Assembly (NCBI RefSeq): GCF_006345805.1
Contig: NC_043014.1
Coordinates: 43,090,001 to 43,154,000, forward strand
Reading direction: 5' to 3'
Length of the DNA stretch: 64,000 nt
Origin: Octopus sinensis
Lineage: Eukaryota
The notes under the pieces are model-generated. The model was not told the origin of the DNA and searched no databases. It worked only from the letters and a program-made list of their open reading frames with translations. The position numbers and the translations under genes were made by a program. Below, piece after piece: positions 50,073-63,414 of this stretch (within the stretch, counting starts at the first letter, position 1; every line of letters begins with the position of its first letter).

Positions 50073-50495
50073 ATAGGGTAAAACAAAAACAAGAATTTAT
50101 ACAGAGTGGATAATTCTTCTTAATTTTGGTAAAAGAACAGCAATTTTTAGGGGAGGAATTAAGTCACATGCATCAGCTCCAATATCTGATTGGTATTTTA
50201 TCGACCCAGAAAGGATGAAAGACAAAGTTGACCTTGGTGGAATTTGAGCTCAAAATGTAAAGTGTCAGAAGGTAAGACCTTCACTATATTAATGGATAAG
50301 CATTTGTCACAGAAACATAAGTACAAGAAAATTTTCAGTAGGGATACTTTGAAGATCTCCTTTAGCTGCACATCTAGTGTCAAGAAAATTTCATTAGATA
50401 GGCCAGCTCACTGCCTTTTGTAGGGTAGGATGTCTAACATGCATAAATGTGTAAGAAGGCTAACCCACAGGGTATAAATCATGTGATTTAAGAGA

Positions 50496-50585
<90 letters not shown>

Positions 50586-51179
50586 AATCTGTGTTCAAGT
50601 TCCACCAAAGCTGACTTTGCCTTTCATCTTTTTGGGGTTGCGCTAGAATCGATGCAATCAACTAGCCCCATTTCCCAAAATTTCAGGTCTTGTGCTTGCA
50701 GTAGAAAGAATTATTTCTGTATATGCTGCATGCATATAGATGTGCATGTCCAAATACATGGTAAATATATGTATATGTGTGTGTATATGCATGTGTGTGT
50801 ATATGTATATTTGCCTCTGTGTTTGTGTGTGTAAGCATATATGTGCATGCGATTGGGTGTCTACATAAGAGTCAACTCAAAGATGAACCCTTTGAACTCA
50901 CAATTAATTCCTACACTTCCATTATATCACATGACAGGAAGCTCATTCCCTAAAAAAGAAAAATATTATTAATAATATGATCTCCCTTAACTCTCAAGCA
51001 CTTCAAAAACATTTATCAACTGTCTCACCTTTGACCTTGCACCAGCAATTAGAAACCAAAACTTGTCACAGAGGTCAAAGTTGAAAATTGTAATGTGTGT
51101 GAATGATGTTGTATCTTAAAATACACATAGATGTACTGAAGACACTTTAAAGAATTTTAACATCTTTGAACATACAGGG

Positions 51180-52870
51180 TGGCTGTGTGGTAAGAAGATT
51201 GCTTCTCAACCACATGGTTCCTGGTTCAATCCCACTGAGTGGCCCCCTTGGTCAAGTGTGTTCTGCTTTAGCTTTGGCCTGACCAAAGCCTTGTGAGTGG
51301 ATATGGGAGATGGAAACTGAAAGAATCCTGTTGTATAGGCGCAGGAGTGGCTGTGTGGTAAGTAGCTTGCTAACCAACCACATGGTTCCGGGTTCAGTCT
51401 CACTGCGTGGCATCTTGGGCAAGTGTCTTCTGCTATAGCCCCGGGCCGACCAATGCCTTGTGAGTAGATTTGGTAGATGGAAACTGAAAGAAGCCTGTCG
51501 TATATATGTATATATATATATATTTCTTTACTACCCACAAGGGGCTAAACACAGAGGGGACAAACAAGGACAGACAAAGGGATTACGTCGACTACATCGA
51601 CCCCAGTGCGTAACTGGTACTTAATTTATCGACCCCGAAAGGATGAAAGGCAAAGTCGACCTCGGCGGAATTTGAACTCGGAACGTAACGACAGACGAAT
51701 TTCGCCCGGCGTGCTAACGTTTCTACCAGCTCGCCGCCTTTATACATATATATATATATGTAATATATATATATATATATGTGTGTATGTGTTTGTGTGT
51801 CTGTCTTTGTCCCCCTAGCATTGCTTGACAACTGATGCTGGTGTGTTTACATCCCCGTCACTTAGCGGTTCGGCAAAAGAGACCGATAGAATAAGTACTG
51901 GGCTTACAAAGAATAAGTCTCGGGGTCGATTTGCTCGACTAAAGGCGGTGCTCCAGCATGGCCGCAGTCAAATGACTGAAACAAGTAAAAGAGTAAAAGA
52001 GTATATATCATCATCATCGTTTAGAGTCCGCTTTCCATGCTGGCATGGGTTGGATGGTGCAACTGGGGTCTGGGAAGCCAGAAGGCTGCACCAGGCCCAG
52101 TCTGATCTGGCAGTGTTTCTACAGCTGGATGCCCTTCTTAACGCCAACCACTCCATGAGTGTAGTGGGTGCTTTTTTACGTGCCACCGGCACAGTGTGTG
52201 TGCGTGTGTACATGTGTACGTGTGTGTGTCATTGTATCTGTTTGTCCCCACTACCACTTGACAACCAATGTTGGTGTGTTTACATCCCCATAACTTAGTG
52301 TTTCTGCAAAAGGCACAGATTGAATAAGTTACCAGTCTAAAAACAGTCAAGTACTAGTGTCATTTCATTTAGCTAAGAATTCTTCAAAGCAATGCTCCAG
52401 AATGGCCATAGTCTAAGGCCTGAAACAAGTAAAAGATAGAAGATATACAAAGACTAGTAAATACATAATAAACATCATCATCATTATTATCATCATCATC
52501 ATTATTATCATCATCATCATTTAAAGTCCATTTTCCATGCTGGAATGAGTTAGACAGTTTGACCAAAATTGGTAAGGTTAGGGGGCGGCACCAGGCTCCG
52601 TTGTCTGTTCTGGCTTGAATTATATGGCTGGATGCAATTCGAAGCAAGGTCGTTGCCAGTGCCACCTGACTGGCCTCATGCCAGTGGCACGTAAAAGCAC
52701 CCACTACACTCTTGGAGTGGTTGGCATTAGGAAGGGCATCCAGCTGTAGAAACTCTGCCAGATCAAGATTGGAGCCTGGTGCAGCCATCTGGTTTGCCAG
52801 CCCACAGTCAAACCGTCCAACCCATGCTAGCATGGAAAGCAGACGTTAAACGACGATGATGATGATGATG
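51180..52870. mobile_element. Nested cluster: SINE B heads (51180, 51338) and tail (51780-52000), SINE C (51525-51740, -), RTE 3' ends (52005-52195 -, 52500-52600 -, 52660-52870 +)
   Basis: Sequence matches to the families defined above. Confidence 0.85.
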
Positions 52871-53226
52871 ATGCCCTTCCTAACACCAACCACTCCACAG
52901 AGTGCACTGGGTGCTTTTAATGCGGCAAAGGTGGTGGTGGTGGTGGTGGTGATGGTGGCGGCGGTGGCAGCAGTGGTGGCGGTGGCGGCGGTGATGGTGG
53001 TGGCAGTGGTGGTGATGGTGGTGGCAGTGGTGATGATGGTGGTGGTTGTGGCGGCAGCGAAGGTGGTGGTGGTGATGGCGGCGATGGTGGAGGTGGTAGT
53101 GGTATGGTTGTGATGGTGGTGGTGGTGGCTGTGTTGGTGCAAGTGCAGGTGGTGGTGGTGGTGGTGGTGCAGATGTCCAAAGGAATATGCCAAATGGAAA
53201 CCTATTATTGATCAGTGTCCTCCCCC

Positions 53227-53336
53227 TCAGCATCTACATCCACGTCGTCTTTCCTTGGTCTTAACTCCTTCAAGAATATCTGAGGTTTTTGTCTTTGATA
53301 AATCAAACTTTTGCCTGCAGAACTTGCTGCAAATCA
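53227..53336 (-). CDS. Candidate terminal coding exon (xICSKFCRQKFDLSKTKTSDILEGVKTKERRRGCRC*), product unknown
   Basis: tttcag acceptor, non-repeat sequence, open phase-1 frame ending in a basic stretch and CXC. No homology recognised. Confidence 0.3.
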
Positions 53337-53724
53337 CTGAAATGTTCTCTAATTAATGAAATTATTAATCAATTAAGTATTTGATCCTGCCTAACCTTTA
53401 CAACTACTAATCCATTATCTTTGAACTGGAAATGGTGTCTGCCATCTTGTTCGGTCAGGCTACAGCAAGTAAATTTAATGTCCTGACTCTGCTTAAGATC
53501 CCAGCCAATTCTGTAGCTTCTATGGAGACGCCTAGCCTGAGAGAAATAGCAGCCAAATCTCCGTCTCCATCTCTCACTCTCTCTTTTTCTCTCTCTCCCT
53601 TCCACTCTCTCTCTCTCTTTCTCCCTCTCTGTTCCTCCCTCTTATATTACAAACTGGTAACTAAAACAGATGGACTGCGATTTATTAGATGATGTAGTTG
53701 AAGATAAATTTTGTTCTAGATAAA

Positions 53725-54190
53725 AGGTGGTGGTGGTGGTGGTGGTGGTGGTATGGTGGTGGTGGTGGTATGGTGGTGGTAGTGGTGGTGGTATGGTGGT
53801 GGTGGTGGTGGTGGTGGTGGTGGTTTTGGTATGGTGTGGTGGTATGGTGTTGGTGATGGTGGTGGTGGTGGTATGGTGCTGGTGATGGTGGTGTTGGTGA
53901 TGGTGGTGGTGGTGGTATATTGTTGATGATGGTGCTGGTATGGTGTTGGTGGTGGTGGTGGTGGTGGTGGTGGTGGTGGTAGTGTTGGTGCTGATATGGT
54001 GTTGGTCTTGGTGCTGGTGATGGTGGTATGGCGTTGGCGTTGGTGTTGGTAGCCTTGGTAGCGATGGTGTTGATGAGGCTCATGATGATGATGATGATGT
54101 GGAGGAAGAGAAGGAAGAGGAGGAGAAGGAGGAGGAAGATGATGGTGGTGATGACGATAACGATGACGATAAGGAGAAGGCAAAAGAAGA
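53725..54190. repeat. (GGT)n/(GAT)n/(GAG)n array; a similar array lies at 52920-53170
   Basis: Direct inspection. Confidence 0.95.
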
Positions 54191-54199
54191 AGAGGATAC

Positions 54200-54286
54200 G
54201 TGTGCAGACATTGAAAAAGTCTTCTTTGAAATTCTTTTCGCAAGCTTTGCACCAATATCTCCTCAGAACCTTTTGATCACATGTTT
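54200..54286 (-). CDS. Candidate 87-nt phase 1-1 exon (xTCDQKVLRRYWCKACEKNFKEDFFNVCT), product unknown
   Basis: Pyrimidine-rich ..ttgtataag acceptor and a weak gtatcc donor; in frame with 53336-53227. Confidence 0.25.
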
Positions 54287-54327
54287 CTTATACAACAAAC
54301 CAAGAAGAGCCAACACTTTGCCGATGC

Positions 54328-54562
54328 TTAACCCTGTTGTTACCGTATTTATTTTGAGATGCTCTGTGTTTCAATCAATTAATTTTAAATATAACAAAGA
54401 ATTTAGTAAAATAACTTAGTCATCATTCAGCTAGTGTTAGGAACATAAATTGTGACTAAGGTTTGGTGTGGAAGATTTTAATTCAAAACTTATGAAAACA
54501 AGACATTTGTACTACAGAGCCAGAGGCGGTTTTGGCCGGGTTGGTATCAAAAAGGGGTGTAA
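54328..54562. mobile_element. MITE with ttaaccct..agggg-type ends (piggyBac-like, degenerate)
   Basis: Starts 'ttaaccctgttgttacc' and ends 'ggtatcaaaaaggggtgtaa', an imperfect inverted terminus. Confidence 0.5.
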
Positions 54563-54739
54563 CCATTCAGCTAAGGTTGAAATTATTTTCCTGTGTGGCT
54601 TAACGAACTGTGGTTTCTCCAGTTATGTTTTACTGTAGCTCAGAAATATTTCTATTGTCTAGCTGAAACAAAAATCTTGACACGTTTCAATGTATATGAA
54701 ATTTTAATTAAACACCTTCAAGTGTTATGATATAGCGTG

Positions 54740-54741
54740 GT

Positions 54742-54822
<81 letters not shown>

Positions 54823-55032
54823 AAATTTATATACATACATATATGTATATACTGATGCACACACACACACACATGCATACATACACACACACACACATGT
54901 ATGAATGCACATATGCATATGTACGTATATATAATATACATATGTATGTATATAAATATGTGTGTGTAGATTTTATATATATACATAAATATTTATATAA
55001 TATATATATATATATACATATATCTATACATA

Positions 55033-55089
<57 letters not shown>

Positions 55090-55290
55090 TATATATACAC
55101 ATATACACACACATACATACATATGCATATATACATATAAATGCATATATATATATATATATACATATATATGCATACATACATACATATATATGCATAC
55201 ACACACACATACATACGTACATACATACATACATATATATGCATACATACATACATACATACATACATACATACATACATACATACAGAT
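54740..55290. repeat. (TA)n/(CA)n/(TACA)n microsatellites
   Basis: Direct inspection. Confidence 0.95.
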
Positions 55291-56188
55291 TCATACATTG
55301 TATATATGTATGTACGTCTAATTTGAACTCAATTTCTCACTCTTTTTTTTTTCTTTTCTTTGTCTCATTTCCTTTCTTTTCCTTTCAGCAACAGAAAAAG
55401 AAAAAAAAAAATTCTCATGAAATATTCGAACACCATGAAACTTCTCAGTTTACAACAGAAGTCTGGTCCGGCATTGCCTCCACGATTCTACTGACCTACC
55501 ATGTTTACATGTCATGCAGGTTATTTCATAAGAATAATGAGTCTTCTTTTGGATTTGATAGACTTACATGAAAACCGCTTCCTAGCTTTCAGCTCATTTG
55601 TTATTAAATGCATATTTTCAGGTCATTGGCCATGAAACATTCCGAGAAACAAGCGAGCTGTTGTTTTTCCCCATTTTGTACGACAGCCATGTCTTAATTC
55701 TTACCATACTGCAGCCAATAATTTGCTGCTGTGACCTTTGTCTATGTTCTTAGGATTGAAATCTGCTAATGGAGATTAGAACAGCATTAGAACTTGGACA
55801 GGTTTTATGAGATTCTCACACAAAGGAAGATATAAATAAATATGTCCTGATCTTATGGTTTCTGGTGAGAAAACACGAAGATGGTAAATATTGTCTGTTT
55901 TTGATGGTAAGTAATGATGTTGGTATCAATAAAAAAATAAAATAAAATGGAATTTATTCTGTGATTTCAAGATATCTGGAATGTAGTATGAGTATTCAAA
56001 GGTTAACACCTCAAGATATTATACAACCATTCTACACTGACTCAATCACAAGTATCTGATTCCGAAAGAAGAAAACGAAAATAATTTTTTCACCCCTTAG
56101 CATTGAAACTGGCCATATCCAGCCCAAATATTCTATTTGTTTCATATTCAAACTGGCCAGCTCTGGCCTCTTACACATACCCTACAAT

Positions 56189-59100
56189 CATCATCATCAT
56201 CATCATCATCATTTAACGTCCGCTTTCCATGCTAGCATGGGTTGGACGGTTCAACTGGGGTCTGGGGAGCCCGAAAGCTGCACCAGTCCAGTCAGATCTG
56301 GCAGTGTTTCTACAGCTGGATGCCCTTCCTAACGCCAACCACTCCGAGAGTGTAGTGGGTGATTTTATGTGCCACCGACACAGGTGCCAGACGAGGCTGG
56401 CAAACGGCCACGCTCGGATGGTGTTTTTTATGTGTCACCGACACAGGTGCCAGACGAGGCTGGCAGACGGCCACCTCGGATGGTGTTTTTTTTTATGTGC
56501 CACCGACACAGGTGCCAGACGAGGCTGGCAGACGGCCACGCTCGGATGGTGTTTTTATGTGCCACCGACACAGGTGCCAGACGAGGCTGGCAGACGGCAC
56601 GCTCGGATGGTGTTTTTATGTGCCACCGACACAGGTGCCAGATGAGGCTGGCAAACGGCCACGATCGGATGGTGCTTGTTACGTGCCCACAGCACGGAGG
56701 CCAGTTGATGCGGTACTGGCTACGGCCACGTTCGGATGGTTTTTTTATTTGCCCGTGCCACCGGCACTGGTACCACAAAGATACAAATTCCATTGATGTT
56801 CATCTATTTTGATTTTTTTGATTTTCACTTGCCTCAACAGGTCTTCACAAGTGTCACAAGAAGGAAGGTATGCACAGGTGGACTGACTACGTCCCAGGTA
56901 GGGGCCATGGGTTATGGCCTGACTAGTCTTGCCGGGTCTTCGGATGGTGTTTTTTATGTGCCACCGACACAGGTGCTAGATGAGGCTGGCGAACGGCCAC
57001 GATCGGATGGTGTTTGTCATGTGCCCACCGCACTGACTACGGCACTGATGGATTTTTGTGTGCCACAGGCACTGGTACCACAAGATACAAATTCCATGAT
57101 GTTCATCTATTTTGTCTATTTTGATTTGATTTGATTTTCACTTACTTGCCTCAACCGTCTTCACAAGTGTCACAAGAAGGAAGGTATGCACAGGTGGACT
57201 GACTAGACTTGCCGGGTCTTCGGAGGTGTTTTTTGTGCCACCGACACAGGTGCCAGATGAGCTGGCGAACGGCCATGATCGGATGGTGTTGTGTTACGTG
57301 CCCACAGCACGGAGGCCGGTCGATGCGGAACTGGCTACGGCCACGTTCGGATGGTTCTCTTGTGTGCCACTGGCACTGGTACCAAAAGTGTGTGCCACAG
57401 GCACTGGTACCACAAAGATACAGATTCCATTGATGTTCATCTATTTTGATTTGTTTTGATTTGATTTTCACTTGCCTCAACAGGTCTTCACAAGTGTCAC
57501 AAGAAGGAAGGTATGCACAGGTGGACTGACTACGTCCCAGGTAGGGGCCATGGGTTATGGCCTGACTAGTCTTGCCGGGTCTTCGGATGGTGTTTTTATG
57601 TGCCACCGACACAGGTGCTAGATGAGGCTGGCGAACGGCCACGATCGGATGGTGTTTGTCATGTGCCCACCGCACTGACTACGGCACTGATGGATTTCTG
57701 TGTGCCACAGGCACTGGTACCACAAGATACAAATTCCATTGATGTTCATCTATTTTGTCTATTTTGATTTGATTTGATTTTCACTTGCCTCAACCGGTCT
57801 TCACAAGTGTCACAAGAAGGAAGGTATGCACGGTGGACTGACTAGACTTGCCGGGTCTTCGGAAGGTGTTTTTATGTGCCACCGACACAGGTGCCAGATG
57901 AGGCTGGCGAACGGCCATGATCGGATGGTGTGTTTGTTACGTGCCCACAGCACGGAGGCCGGTCGATGCGGAACTGGCTACGGCCACGTTCGGATGGTTC
58001 TCTTGTGTGCCACTGGCACTGGTACCACAAAGTGTGTGCCACCGGCACTGGTACCACAAAGATACAGATTCCATTGATGTTCATCTATTTTGATTTGTTT
58101 TGATTTGATTTTCACTTGCCTCAACAGGTCTTCACAAGTGTCACAAGAAGGAAGGTATGCACAGGTGGACTGACTACGTCCCAGGTAGGGGCCATGGGTT
58201 ATGGCCTGACTAGTCTTGCCGGGTCTTCGGATGGTGTTTTTATGTGCCACCGACACAGGTGCTAGATGAGGCTGGCGAACGGCCACGATCGGATGGTGTT
58301 TGTCATGTGCCCACAGCACGGAGGCCAGTCGATGCCGTACTGGCTACGGCCACTTTCGGATGGATTTCTCTTGTGTGCCACCGGCACTGGTACCACAAAG
58401 ATACAATTCCATTGATGTTCATCTATTTTGATTTGTTTTGATTTGATTTGATTTGATTTTCACTTGCCTCAACAGGCCTTCACAAGTATCACAAGGAGGA
58501 AGGTATGCACAGGTGGACTGACTACGTCCAGGTAGGGGCCATGGTTTATGGCCTGACTAGTCTTGCCGGGTCTTCGGAAGGTGTTTTTATGTGCCACCGA
58601 CACAGGTGCTAGATGAGGCTGGCGAACGGCCACGACCGGATGGTGGTTTGTTATGTGCCCACAGCACGATGGCCAGTGATGCGGTACTGACTACGGCCAT
58701 GTTCGGATGGATTCTTGTGTGCCACCGGCACTGGTACCACAAGCGGTACTGACTACTTTTTATGTGCCACCGACACAGGTGCTAGATGAGGCTGGCAAAC
58801 GGCCACGACCGGTGTGTTTGTTATGTGCCCACAGCATGATGGCGGTGATGAATGGCGGTACTGGACTACGGCCACGTTCGGATGGATTCTTGTGTGCCAC
58901 CGGCACTGGTACCACAAGCGGTACTGACTACGGCCACGTTCGGATGGATTCTTGTGTGCTACCGGCACTGGTACCACAAGGATACAAATTCCATTGATGT
59001 TCATCTATTTTGATTTGTTTTGATTTGATTTTGATTTTCACTTGCCTCAGCAGGTCTTCACAAGTGTCACAAGAAGGAAGGTATGTACAGGTGGACTGAC

Positions 59101-61698
59101 TACGTCCCAGGTAGGGCCCACGGGTTATGACCTGACTAGTCTTGCGGGTTCTTCGGATGGTGTTTTTATGTGCACCATGTTCCCACAGCACGGAGGTCAG
59201 TCGATGCGGTACTGGCTACGGCCACGTTCGGATGGTTTTCTTGTGTGCCACAGGCACTGGTACCACAAAGATACAAATTCCATTGATGTTCATCTATTTT
59301 GATTGATTTTCACTTGCCTCAGTAGGTCTTCACAAGTGTCACAAGAAGGAAGGTATGCACAGGTGGATCGACTACGTCCCAGGTAGGGGCCACGGGATAT
59401 GGCCTGACTAGTCCTGCCGGGTCCTCTCATGCACAGCACACTTCCATAGGACTCGGTCTTCAGTCATTTCCTTGGTGAGACCTAAAGTTCGAAGGTCGTG
59501 CTTCACCACCTCGTCCCAGGTTTTCCTGGGTCTACCTCTTCCACAGGTTCCCTCAACTGCTAGGGTGTAGCACTTTTGCACACAACTATCTTCAGCCATT
59601 CTCGTCACATGACCATACCAGCGCAGCCGTCTCTCTTGCACACCACCAACTGACACTTCTTAGGTTCAACTTTTCTCTCAAAGTACTTACACTCTGACGA
59701 TTATGAACACTGACATTACACATCCATCGGAGCATACTGGCTTCATTTCTTGCAAGCTTACGCATATCCTCAGCTGTCACGGCCCATGTTTCACTACCAT
59801 GTAGCATGGCTGTACGTACACACGCATCATATAGTCTGCCTTTTACTCTTAGCGAGAGGCCTTTTGTCACCAGCAGGGGTAAGAGCTCTCTAAACTTTGC
59901 CCAGGCTATTCTACTCTAGCAGTTACACTTTCAGCACACACCCCCGCTACTGACTTGGTCTCCTAGGTAGCGGAAGCTATCAACTACTTCTAGTTTGTCT
60001 CCTTGGAACGTGGTAGAAGTTGGTCTCTGCACATTTCCAGTGTTTATTTCTCCTGAGCATCTGCCACAGACAAAAACTATTTTCTTAGTTAGCCTTCCTT
60101 TGACATTGCTGCACCTCTTATGTGTCCATAGCTTACACTTGGTGCACCTTATAGAGTTTCTACCTACACCTTTTTTACAGATCGAGCAGGGCCATCTACC
60201 TGAAGTCGTTTGTGGTTGGTCCACCTTCCTACTTATTAGGACTTTGGTTTTGGCTAGGTTGATTCTAAGGCCCTTCGATTCTAATCCTTGTTTCCACACC
60301 TGAAACTTCTCCTCCAGTTCTGATAGTGACTCAGCAATTAGAGCAAGGTCATCAGCATATAGGAGCTCCCAGGGGCATCCTGTCTTAAATTCTTCCGTTA
60401 TTGCCTGGAGGACTATGATAAATAGGAGGGGGCTGAGGACTGAACCTGGTGGACCCCAACCTCTACCCGGAATTCTTCACTGTACTCGTTGCCAACCCTC
60501 ACCTTACTAGCTGCGTCTCTGTACATGGCTCGCACAGCTCTCACTAACCATTCATCTATCCCTAGTTTCCTCATTGACCACCAGATAAGGGATCGGGGGA
60601 CCCTGTCAAAGGCTTTCTCTAAGTCAACAAAAGCCAGGTACAAGGGCTTACTTTGGCTAGGTATTTCTCCTGCAGCTGTCTTACCAGGAATATAGCATCA
60701 GTAGTACTTTTCCCTGGCACGAACCCAAACTGCATATCATCTAAGCTAACTCTCTCTCTAATTAACTGGGCTATAACCCTCTCCGTAACCTTCATTACCT
60801 GATCCAACAGCTTGATGCCCCTGTAGTTATTTGTATCTAGGGCATCGCCTTTACCTTTGTAGCAGTTGACTATTATGCTGCTACACCAGTCATTGGGTAT
60901 GACTCCTTCGTGTATCACCTGGTTAACTATACGGGTGACTATGCTATAGCCGACACTACCAGATATTTTGAGCATCTCTGCAGTAATTCCTGATGGGCCT
61001 GGGGCTTTCCCTGTCTTCATGCTTCTAATTGCCTTAGCTACCACGGAACTATCAACTCGGATAGCTGGTCCCTCTGTTGGGTCAACATTCGGCAGACTCT
61101 CTTTATCCCATTCATTTTCCTCATTCAGCAACCTTTCATAGTGGCGTCTCCAAGCTTCTCTCTTTGCATCCTCATTTAGCGCAAGTGAACCATCCTCCAT
61201 GCGAACACATTTCTCTCCTACCACATCTCGATTCTCTCTCACACACTGTCTTGCAACACGAAATACCTCACGGCGCAGGACATTGGCAAATTTTCTTTTA
61301 TCTGCTTCCCCTCTGGCTAGATAGACCTGTCTCTTAGCTTCCCTTCTGGCAGTCTGATACACTTCCCTGCTACCACCGTTCTTCCAGGCCTTCCAAGCCT
61401 GTTTCTTTTGTCTAATAGCCCTATCAACAATATTGTTCCACCACCATGTTATTTTGGGTCTTAAGGGGACTTTGCACCAGCCACAGATCTGGTCAGCGGC
61501 TTTCAGCAGGTTGTCCCTCAGAAACGTCCAGTTGTCTTCTACCCCATGTGTAGCTATACCCCCTTCCACTTCGTCAAAGGCTTCAAGTAACATATCTCTA
61601 AATCTCTGTCCATTCGCAGGGTCTTTAAGCTTCCAGACCCTTCTTCTCCATGTTGGTCGTCTTCTAGTCGCCCTCTTAGTCCTGATCCTAAAGTCAGG
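56189..61698 (-). mobile_element. 5'-truncated RTE-clade LINE with an amplified 3' UTR and a 5-bp TSD (ACAAT)
   Basis: ORF2 pieces 61593-60619, 60643-60413, 60299-59931, 59870-59592 and 59656-59408 contain KAPGPSGI, YRGIKLL, QFGFVPGKSTTDAIF, FVDLEKAFDRVP, GVHQ and YADDL. (CAT)n tail at 56189. ACAAT at 56184-56188 and 61699-61703 restores the host repeat 'ccctacaatgtcatt', also seen near 28235. Confidence 0.95.
56360..59410 (-). repeat. Tandem array within the RTE 3' UTR: 58-bp subunit x5, then ~320-350-bp units with a ~643-bp dimeric period
   Basis: 'ttcacttgcctcaacaggtcttcacaagtgtcacaagaaggaaggtatgcac' recurs at ~56824, 57138, 57467, 57780, 58111, 58460, 59038 and 59309. Confidence 0.95.
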
Positions 61699-61996
61699 AC
61701 AATGTCATTATAAAAATATACAATCACATCGTTGGCTTTTTGAAGCTGCAAGATGCTACAGGATTAATTCAAAACAACGTTAAAGAATAAGAAAATAAAA
61801 AACGATTCTCCACAGCAGAAGTGTTAAGTCCTCATCCCCCAAGTGAAGAGGATTGACCCTACAAAAGCCCTGTGTCAATGCCACGTAGGAGCAATTGTGC
61901 CAGCGCCACATTGAAACCAAGCAAAATCAAACTGGAACCTGGGGCAGCTTTCTGGCTTGCAGGCTTTGGTCAAACCATCCAACCTATGTTAGAGGA

Positions 61997-62737
61997 TGAT
62001 GGTGGTGGTGGTGGTGGTGGTGGTGGTGGTGATGATGATGATGATGATGACGGTGGTGGTGGTGGTGATGATGATGATGATGATGACGGTGGTGGTGGTG
62101 GTGGTGTTAGTGGTCATCGTTGTCGTGGTTGTGGTGGTGATCGTCGTGGTGGTTGTGGTGGTGGTGGTGGTGGTGGTGGGTGGTGGTGGTGGTGGTGATG
62201 ATGATGATGATGACGGTGGTGGTGGTGGTGGTGTTAGTGGTCATCGTTGTCGTGGTTGTGGTGGTGATCGTCGTGGTGGTTGTGGTGGTGGTGGTGGTGG
62301 TGGTGGTGGGTGGTGGTGGTGATGATGATGATGATGACGACGGTGGTGGTGGTGGTGGTGGTGTTAGTGGTCATCGTTGTCGTGTTGTGGTGGTGATCGT
62401 CGTGGTGTTGTGGTGGTGGTGGTGGTGGTGGTGGTGGTGGTGGTGGTGGTGGTGGTGGTGGTGATGATGATGATGATGATGATGACGGTGGTGGTGGTGG
62501 TGGGTAGTGTCATCGTTGTCGTGGTTGTGTTGGTGTGGTGGTGATCGTCGTGGTGGTTGTGGTGGTGGTGGTGGTGGTGGTGGTGGTGGTGGTGGTGGTG
62601 ATGATGATGATGATGACGACCGGTGTGGTGGTGGTGTGGTGGTTAGGTCATCGTTGTCGTGGTTGTGGTGGTGATCGTCGTGGTGGTTGTGGTGGTGGTG
62701 GTGGTGGTGGTGGTGGTGGTGGTGGTGGTGGTGGTGG
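61997..62737. repeat. (GGT)/(GAT) array with a ~125-140-bp higher-order unit x ~5
   Basis: The marker 'gtcatcgttgtcgt(g)gttgtg' recurs at ~62113, 62239, 62368, 62508 and 62647. Confidence 0.9.
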
Positions 62738-62904
62738 CCATGCTGGAGCACCACCTTTAGTTGAGCAAATCGACCCCAGGACTTATTCTTTGTAAGCTTA
62801 GTACTTATTTTATCAATCCCTTTTGCTGAACTGCTACATTACGGGGACATAAACACACCAGCATCGGTCGTCAAGCGATGTTGAGGGGAACAAACACAGA
62901 CACA

Positions 62905-62946
<42 letters not shown>

Positions 62947-63092
62947 CACATATATACAACGGGCTTCTCACAAGGCTTTGGTCAGCCCGAGGCCATAGTA
63001 GAAGACACTTGCCCAAGGTGCCATGCAGTGGAACTGAACCGGACACATGTGGTTCGTAAGCAAGCTACTTACCACACAGCCACTCCTGCGCC
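62738..63092 (-). mobile_element. SINE family B
   Basis: Reverse complement of the family B consensus, with a small deletion. Confidence 0.9.
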
Positions 63093-63414
63093 TATAAAAA
63101 TGTAGGAGCAATAATTAGGTTCTACTGAGATATGAACTTGGATCCCTTGATCCAGCGTCTAGAGTGCTAACCATTACACCATTCACAAATTGTTATTTTC
63201 ATGCATTAAAGTGGCTGTGCTGTATTTTTGTTGCTGTTTTTTTTTTTAGATATCTATCAGAATGCATTGTGATTTTCTCACTTGGAAATCAATAAGAATA
63301 TTAATTTTGCATTACAGGACTTTGCGTTTTGACAAAATATATTATTCATGTAATGTGAGAAATTCCTATATGTGCATGCATGTGTATGTATCTGTGTGTA
63401 TATGTATATATTTT

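Noticed and set aside
55560-55720. Minus-strand exon MHLITNELKARKRFS as the first exon of the 54286/53336 candidate
   Set aside because: Direct splicing to 54286 creates a TAA at the junction; it would need an unseen intervening exon.
56360-56660. 58-bp repeats as a possible CRISPR or protein repeat
   Set aside because: No spacers, and the repeats lie within a LINE 3' UTR; the ORFs are overlapping artefacts.
59408-61593. RTE ORF2 as an intact, active CDS
   Set aside because: It is 5'-truncated, lacks the endonuclease domain, and is split by at least four frameshifts, some of which may be sequencing errors.
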